From the NCBI RefSeq assembly GCF_030684315.1, contig NC_081391.1, forward strand, positions 20,048,629 to 20,112,628: DNA of 64,000 nucleotides, in the 5' to 3' direction. Position 1 is the stretch's first letter. Each line of letters begins with the position of its first letter. The stretch comes from Stegostoma tigrinum. Taxonomy: Eukaryota. Of this stretch, positions 44,107-61,403 are shown one piece after another. The notes beneath the pieces were generated by a model that saw only the letters and a program-made list of their open reading frames with translations, did no database searches and had not been told where the DNA came from. A program made the position numbers and the translations under genes.

Positions 44107-44565
44107 TCAGCTCAGGCTGAGCCTCTCAAACAGATACTCTCCTTTGCCCTTCTGAGGGGCTCCCAGTCTCTTCAGGTTGGTGATGTGATCTCCCAGCTTT
44201 TTGATCATCTTCACTTGCTCATCCAAGTAGTGCCTCTCCAGGAAGTCACAGCTGGAAGACAAGACAAGTTAGTTGAGTCCATTGAAGACATTTGGAAGTG
44301 ACCCTCAATTCAGATCTAACAAATCACTGCCAAGTTGAGGGAGAGGGGCACTCTGGTGATTCATTTGGACTGTTGTAGATTTAACAGTCTGCAGGAGGCA
44401 GTTATGAGACAATTGTATTCCCCCTCCCCCCAGGAGTAGACAAACAGATCACTTTCAGGTTAGAAACATTCATCTTTCCTGTAATTTGAAAGTCATCCTG
44501 GTAGTTTGTTGCTCTGAAGGCCATCAGCCCTACTTGCTGAATTTAGCAGTGGATGGCAAGGAAGC
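44107..44565 (-). pseudogene. Truncated ferritin pseudogene C2 (exon 4 and part of intron 3 only)
   Basis: Exon 4 at 44107-44251 has the same 2-nt deletion as C1. Homology to C1 stops at 44565, where a Penelope fragment begins. Confidence 0.9.
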
Positions 44566-44995
44566 ACACAACCAGCCCAGCTCTTCCCCTCCACCCACTG
44601 CATCCCAAAACCAGCCCAACCTGTCTCTGTCTCCCTAACCTGTTCTTCCTCTCACCCATCCCTTCCTCCCACCCCAAGCCACACCTCCATCTCCTACCTA
44701 CCAACCTCATCCCACCTCCTTGACCTGTCCATCTACCCTGGACTGACCTATCCCCTTCCCCACATCCCCACCTATACTCTCCTCTCCACCTATCTTCTTT
44801 TCTCTCCATCTTCGGTCCGCCTCCCCATCTCTCCCTATTTATTCCAGTTCCCTCCCCCCATCCCCCTCTCTGATGAAGGCTCCAGGCCCGAAACGACAGC
44901 TTTTGTGCTCTTGAGATGCTGCTGGGCCTGCTGTGTTCATCCAGCCTCACATTTTATTATCTTGGATTCTCCAGCATCTGCAGTTCCCATTATCA
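44566..44995 (+). mobile_element. Penelope 3' fragment at the unit 2/3 junction
   Basis: Reverse complement of ~709-1105, with CTGATGA...GAAAC at 44870-44894. No TSD; it replaces ~2.1 kb. Confidence 0.85.
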
Positions 44996-45700
44996 CTGTT
45001 TTGTTGTCCAGCCGGCTTGGGGGGAAACTGAGCACGTTCTGGCCTTTTTAATTCGGCTTTCATATCTGCCCACTGCCACACGGTTATTACGGTGCTGATG
45101 GTGACCATTCGGCCCATCGTATCCACCACCAACTCGCTGAGCGTTTCACCTCTTGCCATTCTCCTGCACTGTCCCTGTAATCTCCATGTTATTCCCTTTC
45201 AGATATCAGTCCTATTCCCGATTGAATGCGTGAATTGAACCTGCCTCCAACACACTCTCGGACTATACATTTCACACCCTATCCACTCGCTGTGTTGGAA
45301 GGTTTTTATTTTCGCAGATCACTTCAGCTTCTTTTGCCAATTTTAAACCTGTGCCTTCTTGCTCCTGACCCTTTCACAAATGGGAACATCGTGCCACTGT
45401 TTGTTCTTTCTGGATCCGAATTTGAGCCATTTGCTTTCCAGAGAGACAAGTCCCAGCCTATCCAATATATCCTCACACCTGAAATTCCTCATTCCTGGAG
45501 CCATTCCAGTAAGCCTCTTCTGCACTCGCTCCTATACCTCCACTCTTTCCTTCAGTGTGATGTGCAGAACGAGACACAGTATTCCTGTTGGAGTCAAACT
45601 TAAGCAGGTTCAGCATAATCACCTTGCTCTTGTACACTTGCCCCTACTAATAAAGCTCAGGGCACTGCGAGCTTTGTAAACGATTCTCTTAAACAGTCCT

Positions 45701-47087
45701 CAGAGATAATGGGAACTGCAGGTGCTGGAGAATCTGAGATAACAAAGCGTTGAGCTGGATGAACACAGCAGGCCGAGCAGCATCTTAGGAGCACAAAAGA
45801 TGACGTTTTGGGCCTAGACCGTTCATCAGAAAAGGGGGATGGGGAGGGAACTCTGAAATAAATAGGGAGAGGGGTAGGCGGACCGAAGATGGATGGAGGA
45901 GAAGGTAGGTGGAGAGGAGAGTATGGGTGGGGAGGTAGGGAGGGGATAGGTCAGTCCGGGGAGGACGGACAGGTCAAAGGGGCCGGGTGAGGTTAAGAGG
46001 TAGGAAATTGAGGTGTGGCTTGAGGTAGCAGGAGGGTCTAGGTGAGAGGAAGAACAGGTTAGGGAGGCTGGGATGAGCTGGGCTGGTTTTGGGATGCAGT
46101 TGGGGAAGGGGAGATTTTGAAGCTGGTGAAATTCACATTGATACCATTGGGCTGCAGAGTTCCCAAGCGGAATATGAGTTGCTGTTCCTGCAACCTACGG
46201 GTGGCATCATTATGGCACTGCAGGAAGACCAGGATGGACATGTTGTCTCAGGAACGGGAGGGGGAGTTGAAATGGTTCGCGACTGGGAGGTGCAGTTGTT
46301 TACTGCAAACTGAGCATCGGTGTGCTGCAAAGTGGTCCCCAAACCTCTGCTGAGTTTCCCCAATGTAGAGGAAGCCATGCCGTGTACAGCAGATGCAGTA
46401 TACCACATTGGCGGATGTGCAGGTGAACATTTGTTTGATGTGGAAAGTCATCTTGGGGCCTGGGATGGGGGTGAGGGAGGAGGTGTGGGGGGCAGGTGTA
46501 GCACTTTCTGCGTTGTAGCGGAAAGTGCTGGGTGTGGTGGGGTTGGACGGGAATGTGGAATGGATGAGCGTGGAGCGGACAAGGGAGTCGCGGAGAGAGT
46601 GGTCTCTCTGAAGGCAGACAATGATGGGGATGGAAAAATGTCTTTGGAAGCGGAGTTGGATTGTAGATGGTGGAAGTGTCGGAGGATGATGATTTGTATC
46701 CAGAGGTTAGTGGGGTGGTATGTGAGGACAAGGGGGAATCCTCTTGGGGAAGTTATTGTGAGGGTGGTGTGTGAGGAAATAATTGCAGGAAATGCGGGAG
46801 ACACGATTGAGGACATTCTCGCTCAAAACAAGGAGGAATTGGCAAGTGGCAGTCCTGGAAGAACGAAGACATTTGGGATGTGCAGGAGTGGAATGCCTCT
46901 CCTTGGAGCAGAGGCAAAGGAATTGGGAATAGGGGATGGAGTTTTTACAGGAAGGTGGGTTGGAGGAGGTGTATTCCAGGTAGCTGGGAGAAGTCGGTGG
47001 GCTCGAAATGGACATTGGTTTGTCGGTGGTTGCCTGCGATGGAGACAGAAAGGTCCAGGAAGGTGAGGAATGTGATGGAGGTGGTCC
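45701..47087 (-). mobile_element. Penelope-like element (unit 3 copy)
   Basis: GIY-YIG ORF pieces 46248..46451 and 46059..46241. Same insertion site as 705-2077. Confidence 0.88.
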
Positions 47088-48491
47088 TTCCACGATGTAA
47101 TGCAATTACTCCATGCAGTTCACTCACTCCTGCACCCTCTTTAGAAATGCACCTTTTATTTTGTATTATCTCTACCTGCTTTTCCCACCATTTTTTCTGC
47201 TTTGAACTTCATCTGCCACTTGCGTGCCCATTCCACCAATATGTCTGTGCTCTTGTGAGGTTCTACACCATGGCCGTCACGCTAAGTTTCTTATCATGTA
47301 CAAAGTATGAAATTGCATCTTTTATACCAAGGTCTAAGTCATTAGTTTGCTTTTGAAAAAGCCTGGTTCCTTCCCCTAACCCGTGGAACTCCACTACAAA
47401 CCATCCCCCTCGTCCAGAGAGCATCCATTAGCAGCAGTTCTGTTTCTAGTAATGAGTAACTCGTCAAAGTGACGAGCATCTACTCCTTCACTTGTCCCAT
47501 TTGGAAAGTGAATGAAAAGCTGATGCAAAAGGACAATGCATCTAGAAGTTGTGGCCTCTCAGTGTTCATAATGTATTGAACCTACTAATTTCCAATTTTG
47601 AAACTAGTCCTCAAGCAAACTTAAGAAATCTACTCCCCACCCAAGTCCCCTAACCTGCCATTTCTAAATGGATGCTGTATATGTTGCTTGGCTTCTATTC
47701 AAGCAGAGCTTCTGAATGTTGGAGCTGAAAAAAGTTCACAAACAGGACCTCTCCTCCTCAGCAATTTCTGAACCCTGTTCCCCTGCTGAGAGCTTCACTT
47801 CAGACAAACAAGGAGGAAAAGAAGTGACCCAAACAATGATTGGCTGCTGTGCATATAAAAGCTATTGGGAGGTATGGAAGGGTAGGAAGTAAGAAGTAAT
47901 GAGGAATCAGGTGGGGGTGGGGGCGTTGAAGAAGAAAGGCAGAAAAGCTTGGATTCCAACTCTGATTCCTTGAAATCATTCATCTGCTAAACCTCAGGGC
48001 CCAAAAATTAAAAACAAAACAAATCCACAAGCTGCAGATGGGAAGGTGTGGGACAGCCCTTACAGTCTGAAAGCTTAGAAAGAGTTTACTGACCCTTACT
48101 GCTGTTGGAAAAAGGGTAGAGGAAGCACCTAGTGTCTAGTGTCATCCAGAGAAGAAAGTCCTAGCACTAAGTGGTACACACCTGGAAGGCTAATGTAACA
48201 CTAAAAGCAAACACCTCATGTACATTTTCATATGGCAAATTTGTATGTTCCATATGTGCACACAATTTAAGCTACCTTTGGAAGAAGCTATAGAAGTGTG
48301 TGAAATTTCTATTGTGGATTTTTTCAGTCAAGTTTCCTGGTTAGCTGTTGGTAATTTAGGTAGTTTTAAAACAAAGATCCAAAATCCAGATCCACAAATA
48401 CTTGTATTTCCATTTGGAATGGCAGACAGAAAAAGGCAAAGTGTTTGTCAGAATTAGGTCACAAATGGACCAGTTTCTTCTATAACCCCAT

Positions 48492-50672
<2,181 letters not shown>

Positions 50673-51281
50673 CTTCACACCTAATTACAAAAAGCAAACT
50701 CAAACAACAGCCTAACCCCACCTCCCATGAGCTCTAGTATTTATGTAAATGGGAATCTGCATTCCAACAGGAAATGTTATCACCAATAGTGCTTGGCTAT
50801 TAGGGATTTCCAATCAGGAAGCTCCCATGAATACAGGCATTAATCAGGGAGAGGTGCTGGTGGGAGCTACGTACAAAGCAGAGCCAATCGGTTCATGAAG
50901 GCAGCTCAACCCCACCTTCTCAAGGGGAATCTAGCAATGTACAATAAATGCTGGCCCAGCCCATGACTGCCCTTGTCCTGCAAGTGAATACTCAAAAAAA
51001 TTACAGTGCCGTAGGAGGACGCTTGGTCAATTGTGCTGCACCAGATCCATTGTGCTCATCTCTTGCCATGTCCCAGCACATCACCACGATCCCAAAAGAA
51101 AACCCAATGTTCTCTTCAAAGCTTCAATTGTACCTGCCTTCCCCACATCTCCAGGCAGCACATTGCACAAACTCTCCACATTCTGTGTAAAAATGTTTTT
51201 TTTCTCACTTCACCCTTGCTTTGTTTGCACATCACTTTAACTATCCCCTCACGTATCTACTTTTTAAAATTTGTGGACGGG

Positions 51282-51617
51282 ATGAGGGCATTGCTGACTA
51301 GGCAGCATTTATTGCCCATCCCTAATTGCCCAGAGGGCAGTTAAGGGTCAACCACATTGCTGTGGGTTTGGAGTCTCATGTTGGCCATTTGGCAGTATGG
51401 CAAATGGCGGTTTCCTTCCTGAAAGGACATCAGAGGACCAGATGGATTTTTCCAACAATTGACAATGGACTCATGGTCATCATTAGATTCTTAAACTCCA
51501 GATATTTATTGAAATCAAATTCCACCATTTACCATGGTGGGATTTGAACCAAAGTCCCCAGAACATGATCAAGGTCTCTGGATTAACAGTCCACAATCAT
51601 ACCACGAGGCCATTGCC
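51282..51617 (-). mobile_element. SacSINE-like tRNA SINE
   Basis: CAGCATTTATTGCCCATCCCTAATTGCCC tail, core homologous to 7740-7930, and B-box-like GGTTCAAATCCC on the minus strand at ~51539-51550. Confidence 0.7.
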
Positions 51618-54600
51618 GAGTAAAAACTAAATGGGTTACTTAACAACAGCCAAGAATCTTGGATCTGAATGTTCAGTTTATTCCCAAGGTTTTGGCAGAG
51701 CAGGGTTTAGATTTCCAGTATTGTGTGTGTGAGGAGCACCATCCCTAATGGATGAGCTCTAACCTTTAGGTTATGCTGCTGTCTACACCTATTTCCCCTT
51801 GTCCGAAAATATCCCACCCGAGAACATCGTTTTTCTCTCGTTGACTCTATCAAATCAATTAATCAGCTTCAAATCTTAATAACAATTATTTCTTGTTCTT
51901 CTACACTCACAGGAACTTGAGGTTTTAAAAAATGTTGTTTTGGGATGTTGGCATCACTGGCGGGGCGTGTATTTATTGCCCATCCCTAGTTTCCTCTTGA
52001 GAAGGTGGTGGTGAGTTGCCTTTGTGAACAGTTGCAATGTCCATCTGGTGAAAATAGACTCAGATTGCCCCAAAGGAGAGAATTCCAGAAATCTGACTGA
52101 TTTAACACTGCAGTAACATTGAAGGGACGGTAATATATTTCCATGCCAGGATGGTGGATGGATTGGAGGGGAACCTGCAGGGGGTGGTGTTCCCACGTAT
52201 CTACTGCCCTTGTCCGACCAGATGGAAGTGGATGTGGCTTTGGAAGGAGCTGTCAAAATACCTGAATTTCATCTTCAATGCAAATTGCCTTCAAAGTTTA
52301 ACCCTTTCGACCTGTTGTCATCCTGTGCTGCATTCCCTCAAAGACTCAGAGATCGAGACCTGAATACAGTATCATAGATATGCACTCACTGGCATTTAAT
52401 AAATGGTAGCAGAACTGTCAGATCAATAACATGGGGGCATCATTTTAAGGTGAAGAGCAGTAGGTTTAGAGGGGATTTGCCAAAAACATTTTTCACCCAG
52501 ATGGTGTGATGGGAATCTGGAATGCACTGTGTGGGAGTGTAGTAGAGATGGGAAACCTCACAACTTTTGAAACGTACATGGATGGGCACTTGAAGTGTCA
52601 TTACACTTAAGGCTATAGGTGAAGTGCTAGAAAGTGAGATGAGTGTAGATAGGTCAGCACAGACCTGATGTCTATGGCCCGAATGTCGAGCTCTTTGTAT
52701 TCCAGACAATTCTGTGCCTGTCCACTAGCTCTTGCAATTTCTGCAGATGGATCCCGTAACCTTATGGTCACCACCAATTCTGTTCCCCGAATGTCACAGT
52801 TTAGCTAATTTCTCTTTCTTGTTCCGAAGTGCATGGCCTCACTCTTCCTCACATTGAGGCCTGCCTGCTCCTGTTTGCTCATTCATTTCAACAATGGCTT
52901 GTTGCAAACTTGCAGGTCCCATCCACACCATCCACTTTGTCGCTTCACTTTGTTTTGTCAGGAAATTTGGACATATATCTCTCAAGTCCTTCATCTACGT
53001 CAATCTGTCAATGTGAAACTGAAGCCCATGTGGAGATTCCTGGGAATGAGAGTCAAATTTTGTCAATCAAAGTTGGCAGCCATTCTGTCAGCCACCTTCC
53101 CCTTTCCCCATTCCCACCACATGTCCAACAGTATCTTCCTATTGTACGTGCATGCATTTTTCCTAATTATGTCATGGATACTCGTCATTGGTAGAATTGA
53201 TATTAGTTGCTTTGACTGTTCTCAAACTGATAGCATCAGTCCTCCAGGTCAGAGCTCCCGGATTCACCTTAGGGTTTGACGAGTTTGTAAATGAATATTT
53301 CTCCCTGTACATGATGTCAAATTAAACGACATCTGAAGGTTTGAAGCATCTCTCATCTGGTCTAGAAGAGGTCAGGGACACTGACACTGATCACAGCAGT
53401 TTAGGATATTACCCTGCACGAGATAGCCTGCAGCAAATCTGCAAATCAACCAGTCACACTGGGAAAACAGAGATAATGGGAACTGCAGATGCTGGAGAAT
53501 CCAGGATAACAAAGTGTGGAGCTGGATGGACACAGCATGCCAAGCAACATCTCAGGAGCACAACACTGGGGGAATCAGACAGGATGCCTCTCTCAGAATC
53601 CTATCACTCCCATTGCTGTTAAGTTTCATGTGGAGCTTTATCCGATCAAGCTCAGGAGCTCTATCATCCATTCCTTCTTCTGTAAGGAAGTTGTCTGTTG
53701 GATTTCTCTTAGATTTGAGAAGCGAGATTTTAGAAAAAAAATGAACAGCAGTATCATCTCAGGACCAGAGTCAATTCTTTTGGTATTTCCTGACACCAGA
53801 AAATATAGTCCTTTCAATTTAGAGTGCAGGAAATTGTTGAACAAATTGCAGCCTGAGAATCTACGTCCAGTACCAGATTTAAGTCCGGCATGATAATGTC
53901 TCACTTGTGCACCCCTGCCCTCCTCAGGACTGACTCTGAACACTGCAGTATATGGAGGATGACTATTCAGTTAGTTCGCTACATCCAGGGTAAGCACCAG
54001 GATCCCTTACTCATTTAATTGTATGCTTGCGACAACACAAAAAAAAAATGGGAGCGAGAGTCCACGTGGCGGACTCCCAAGGCAATGGCCACCTACCTCT
54101 ATACAACAGAGACTCTATCACTGGTGTGTCTCGCAAGCCGGCCGCTGTTTGGATAATGAGTGCTTTCCTGAAGTTTTGCAGTCGGCCCAGTTGTTTGTCT
54201 TAAACTCAGGGCTGTGTGAGCTGTTAATTGCCAGTGCTTAAACTTGTGGAAGAGTTTTCTAACCAAGTGCCAGCCGAAGCTATTTCACATGAGCACCAAC
54301 TGCATTGCTGAGCCACTCGAGTCACATGCAGGCCAGATCAGCTAAGGGTAGCAGATTTCACTCCCAGAGAAAGATTAGTCAAACAGAAGAATGGGAGATA
54401 TGCAAAACTGTCAGATAGTAAACTGCCCTGATACACCAGCCATCTCTTTCGGTTTTTAAAGACTCTCCAAATTCTCAACTGAAATTTGGAAGAAAATTGA
54501 TCACTGACGTTTGGCAGCCAGTAAAATAAGGAACTGCAAAAGCATGTTTAAGAGAAGTGTGGTGTAGTGGCAGCATCCCTAGACAAGGATGGTCAGGTTT

Positions 54601-54850
54601 GTGCCCCACCCGAGAGGCGATTAACATCCAAAAATGAATTGATTAGCAGAGGGTTCAACTGTGTCAAAAAGGTCAAAGAAGCACTTGCCATACAACTGAA
54701 ATATCATGGATCTGGACAAAAATCAGTTATTCAATTTCACAAAAAGTGTTTCTTCATTATGGAGATTTTATTTTCCAATTCAACAAGGGTAGATAAGGTT
54801 TCTAAAACACTAAATCCATTTACAGCACTGATGGGATTCTAAAATCCCAC

Positions 54851-56834
<1,984 letters not shown>

Positions 56835-59800
56835 TGTCACTATTCCTGCTCACTATCACGTAAACAAGTCTCATACGAAGTCTCTGTACCACATGCTCTA
56901 GTATTTATACTCCTGGGACATCCTATGTTCAACGAGGGAATGACATCACCAATGATGACTGACATTCCCTGAAAGCCAATTAGGAATCTCCCATGAATTT
57001 AGCCCCGCCTCTGCCCTCCCACCAATTAGAGAGAGGGTGTGGGTGTATGAGGCAGAGCTGATCAGAGGTGCAGATTGTTGTCAAGTCTGGATGGTTATTC
57101 TGTGATTGGATCAGCAGTCGGTCATTTAGAATCTCCAATCTGCCGGAACTCTCTGTCAGGTCATGGCTAGTTTGAACAAAAAATTAGATTTGGATTTGGA
57201 AAGCTTTTCTTTCTAAGCTTGTTGTGATCAACTGCAGGAGGTGCTCAATGAAGGAGAATCAGTTTCTGATCATGTTCTGCTGGGATATTGGAGAGAAAGG
57301 TAGGAGATTGGTGGTATTTCCTAGAAATTTGTAACAGAAACAAACAGGACAAAGACAGGAAGGATGTTTCTGATGACCAATGCGCCCAGAACCAAGGGTC
57401 ACTGTCTAAGGATATAGAGTAGTCTGTTTGGGATTGAGATGAGGAGAAATGTCTTCAGCCAGACAGTGGGGAGTCTGTTGTATTCTGTGGGACAGGAAAC
57501 AGTTGAGGCCAAAAGACTGAAGGTTTTGAAGAGTTAGATGTAGCTGATAGGGCTATGGGGATCAAAGGGTATGGAGAGAGAGTGTGAAGATGGTACTGAG
57601 TTAAGGGATTACCCATGATCATGTGGGATGCCAGAGCAGGCTGGAAGGGCTGTATCAAACTGCTTCATAATTTTGAACATTTCAATCAGGTCATCTTTTA
57701 ATCTTCTCTGCTCCAAGGAGATAAGGCCAATTTTTAAAATCTTTCCTGGTATCATTCCAGCAAATCTCCTTTGCACAGTGCCCAGGGCTTTAATGCCCTC
57801 CCTTAGAAACAGTGCCCAGAATTGAACACAATACTCTAATGTGGTCTGACCAATGGTGTGTAGTGGTGTAGCGTTACTTCTTTGCTTTTATACTCTCGGG
57901 CTCTCCTTAAAAACACAAGGTTCCTATAAGCCTTCTTCATGACTGTTTCATCTTGCCTGGCCACCTTCAGGGAATTGTAGTTTTAAATCCTGAGGGCTCT
58001 CTGCTCCTGTACTCACCTTGACGTTGTTCCATTGTACCTGTATTATCTCTTCATGTCTCCGTGTCTCTTCGACCAAAACGCATTTCTTGCATTTTTTTGT
58101 GTTGAAATTATAAAGTGATTGCCAACATCAAATCTTACCAAATAAAAATCAAGAGATGCTAATTTTGAAGTCTTCAACTGACACCGGACATGTGTGTGTG
58201 TCCACTACCCACTATCCTTTCTGTGAAGAAGCTGTTTCTGACATTATCCTGGACAGTTTAGCACTAATTTGAAGATTCTATTTCCATTCCAGACCCTACG
58301 TCCTAGATGACCCATTGAGACTAAACAATTCCTCACAAGCTACCCTGTCAAATCCACGAATGCTCTTAAAACTTTCAATTACCGCCATCTCTTAACCTTC
58401 CATACTGAGGGACTCGGGCAAGCTGCCATCATCATTTAACCAGCTCTTTATCTCTGAGTTGATTCTGGAAATTCTCTGCTGCACCATCTTCAGGCCCAAT
58501 CTGCCAAAAATGAGATCTCCAGAGGTGGTTGAACCAGAACGTGACAATTTCACAAAAAAACCTCCACCCAGGGGTGTTCAAATCCCTTTGAGATCAGGAC
58601 TGACATTGAATTAATTTCTTTGTTCAGTGTTTTTATATCTCGTCACTAGTTTTAATACATTTCTGTCCACTTGTCTCAGTTTCATTTTGATCATTAGTTT
58701 TGACAACGCAGCAGAAGATGTTCCCATTTCTAAAACACTCTGGCTCATCTTTCTTGGTCAGAAGTGGATAACTTCACACTTCCCCTTATTGAACTGTATC
58801 AGCCAGTCTTCCCCACTCCATGGAAGTTTGAAACATTCTCCTGTCATGATAAAGTGCCACTTGATGTAATGCCATCAGCAAATATTTGAATTGAGGCAGT
58901 CCATTTCTTCATCTGTAACATTTATAATCCAAGGAAAAGTTAAGGCCCCAGCTTCGCTCCTTGGGGAAAGTAATCACATCTTGCTTTTTCTTTTATTACC
59001 TCATGGGATGAAGGTTTTGTTGGCTGCCCCAGCATTTATTGTACTTCCCTAATTATTATTGTCTTCTTGAATTGCTGTTGTTCATTTGGAGCAGGGAGAT
59101 CCATAATGCCATTTTGGACAGAATTCCAGGATTCAGATGGTATGACTGTAGATTGAGTTTTGCCTCATGAGCTTCATTGAGTATTTTGAAGATTTGATGA
59201 AGAGCAATGATGAGGGCAGAGTGGTGGGCGTGATCTACATGGACTGCAATGAAGCGTTTGACAATGTTGCTCATAGTAAGATGTTTAGCAAAGTGAGATC
59301 ACATGGAATCCAGGGAGAATTATCCATTTGGATACAGAAATGGCTCAAAGGTGGAAGGCACAGGGTGCCGGTAGAGGCAACAAAGTGTGGAGCTGGAGGA
59401 ACACAGCAGCCCAGGCAGCATCAGAGGAACAGAAAAGCTGATGTTTCGGGTTGAGACCCTTGAGAAATTGGGGGGGGGGGGGGAAGGGGAAGCTCAGAAA
59501 TAAAGAGGAGGGGTGGGACTGGGAAGGTAGATGGGATGGTGATGGGTGAGTGCAGATCGGGAGTGGTCAGTGAGGTGGGAAAAGAAGATGAACATGAACA
59601 GGTCAAGGAGGTGGGGATTGGTCATGGGATTAGGAGACTTGAGGTTAATAAGGTTCACATTTAGTGTCTTGGGCTGTAAGCTCCCAAGGCAGAATGAGGT
59701 GCTACTCCTCCAGTTTGCGAATGACATTGGTGTGATACTGGAGGATGCCCAAGATGGACAGGTCAGCCATGGATTGGTAGGGGGGGAAAAGAAGTTAAAA

Positions 59801-60393
59801 CGTTTTGCGATTGGAAAAAGTTGTTTGTTGCTCATTGAGCACAGATGCTCTAGAAAAACTGTCTCCCTCATGGTGGCTACATTGGGTGCATCCGATACAA
59901 TAGACCAACTTCAAACAGGTGCAGGTGATCTGTGTCTGATGCCGAAGGTTTGTTTGTTTTTGTTCTGAATGGAGACACGGGCTGGATGTGGTGGTGGGGC
60001 GAGGGTGTCAGGGAATGGTTTAGCTGTTCCTGCAGTTGCAGGGAACAGGGCTGGGGTCAATGGGGAGTACAGAGTGGATGAGGGAGTGGCAGGGATACAA
60101 GCGTAGAGGTACTGGGGTGTCCACAGTAAGAGGGGCTATGCCTGCTTCTGTGGAATATGTGGAATATGTGGAACAGTCCCTCTTCTGCTGCTACACTGGC
60201 ATTATCCCCTACCTGTTCCTTACTCAAAGATTAACAGTAAATAGCCAGCTACATTGCTGTGTGGGTGGTGAGTCAGCTGTCGGCCAACTGCTTTCCTTCC
60301 CTGAAAGGGTGAGAAAAGTTTAGAACTGCTGATGGTTGGCCTTTCTGCAAATTGAGTGAAGTGTCTCTGCTACTCTGACCCACCCCCCCACTG

Positions 60394-60458
60394 AAGCCTC
60401 GAGGCAATGAAGGGAACTCTGCAGATAAAGAAGGTGAACCAGAGGCTCCTGGATCTCC
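60394..60458 (+). pseudogene. Inverted orphan ferritin exon-3 relic (unit 3 copy)
   Basis: CTCGAGGCAATGAAGGGAACTCTGCAG...GTGAACCAGAGGCTCCTGGATCTC matches exon 3. Confidence 0.7.
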
Positions 60459-61403
60459 TTCTCTGCAAATGTAGCTTTAATTGCACCAGCTGTCCTCAGC
60501 AGTTGATTGCTGGAGCAAGAACAGGGACTATGCCACATTTGTCCCACATGCTACAAGGTGGGCATTGAGGATAGGAGACACTGTTACAGGAGAGAGCAGA
60601 TTCCTCACACAGTCTCCGACAGTAGAGACTTGTTAGAAAATCCAATTCCTTAGCTTGGGAAACTAGAACAGTGGTGTATTGCTTGCTCAAAGAAGCATGG
60701 AACAAAAGCAACCTGATGCATTATCTCTGCATGCCAGATGCTATTGCTGTTACAGTCTTAGAATATTTTTAATGCTTAGATTCTACCAGTAAAGTTAACA
60801 GAAGATTACTGGCAAAACTGAGGCCTGGCAGTACCTGGGGACAGACTTCAGTTGTGGAGTCGCCAGACTCAAACATTAACTGATTTAATCAACACACATC
60901 CAGAGTTCCACCTGCACCTATCCCGCCACTCCCCAACCCCAATTTTTATTTTGTATGAACCCAGCTTTTAGGAAAGTTGGAGTATTGCTAGGGAGAGGGC
61001 ACCAGTTAAGTGGCTAACAGTTAGATAGAGTGGAGCAATTTTGGTGAAGCTATTCACTGGAGACTACTCTTACAGAATTGTCACAGTGAGGACAAGACAG
61101 ATAGTGAGCATTGCGAACAAGCCAAAAGCTTAACAGTTGTGATTTCCACAACAATTACTCACTTCAAAAATTCTTCTGACTCTGGATTCAGAAACTGAAC
61201 AAAAATTGCCAGGGCAAGCATCGATTCAATGCAGAGAGCAAAAAGCCGAAGGGATTTAATAATCAGATAATAAACAGCCAAATAAATGAAGCAGTCACTC
61301 AAAGTCGTCAGATACATGGGCAATGTTTTCATTGACTTTTTTGTGCACTCTGCACTTGCACTAGAACACCAGTGTACATGAAATGGAGTTGTTGAATCCC
61401 CAT

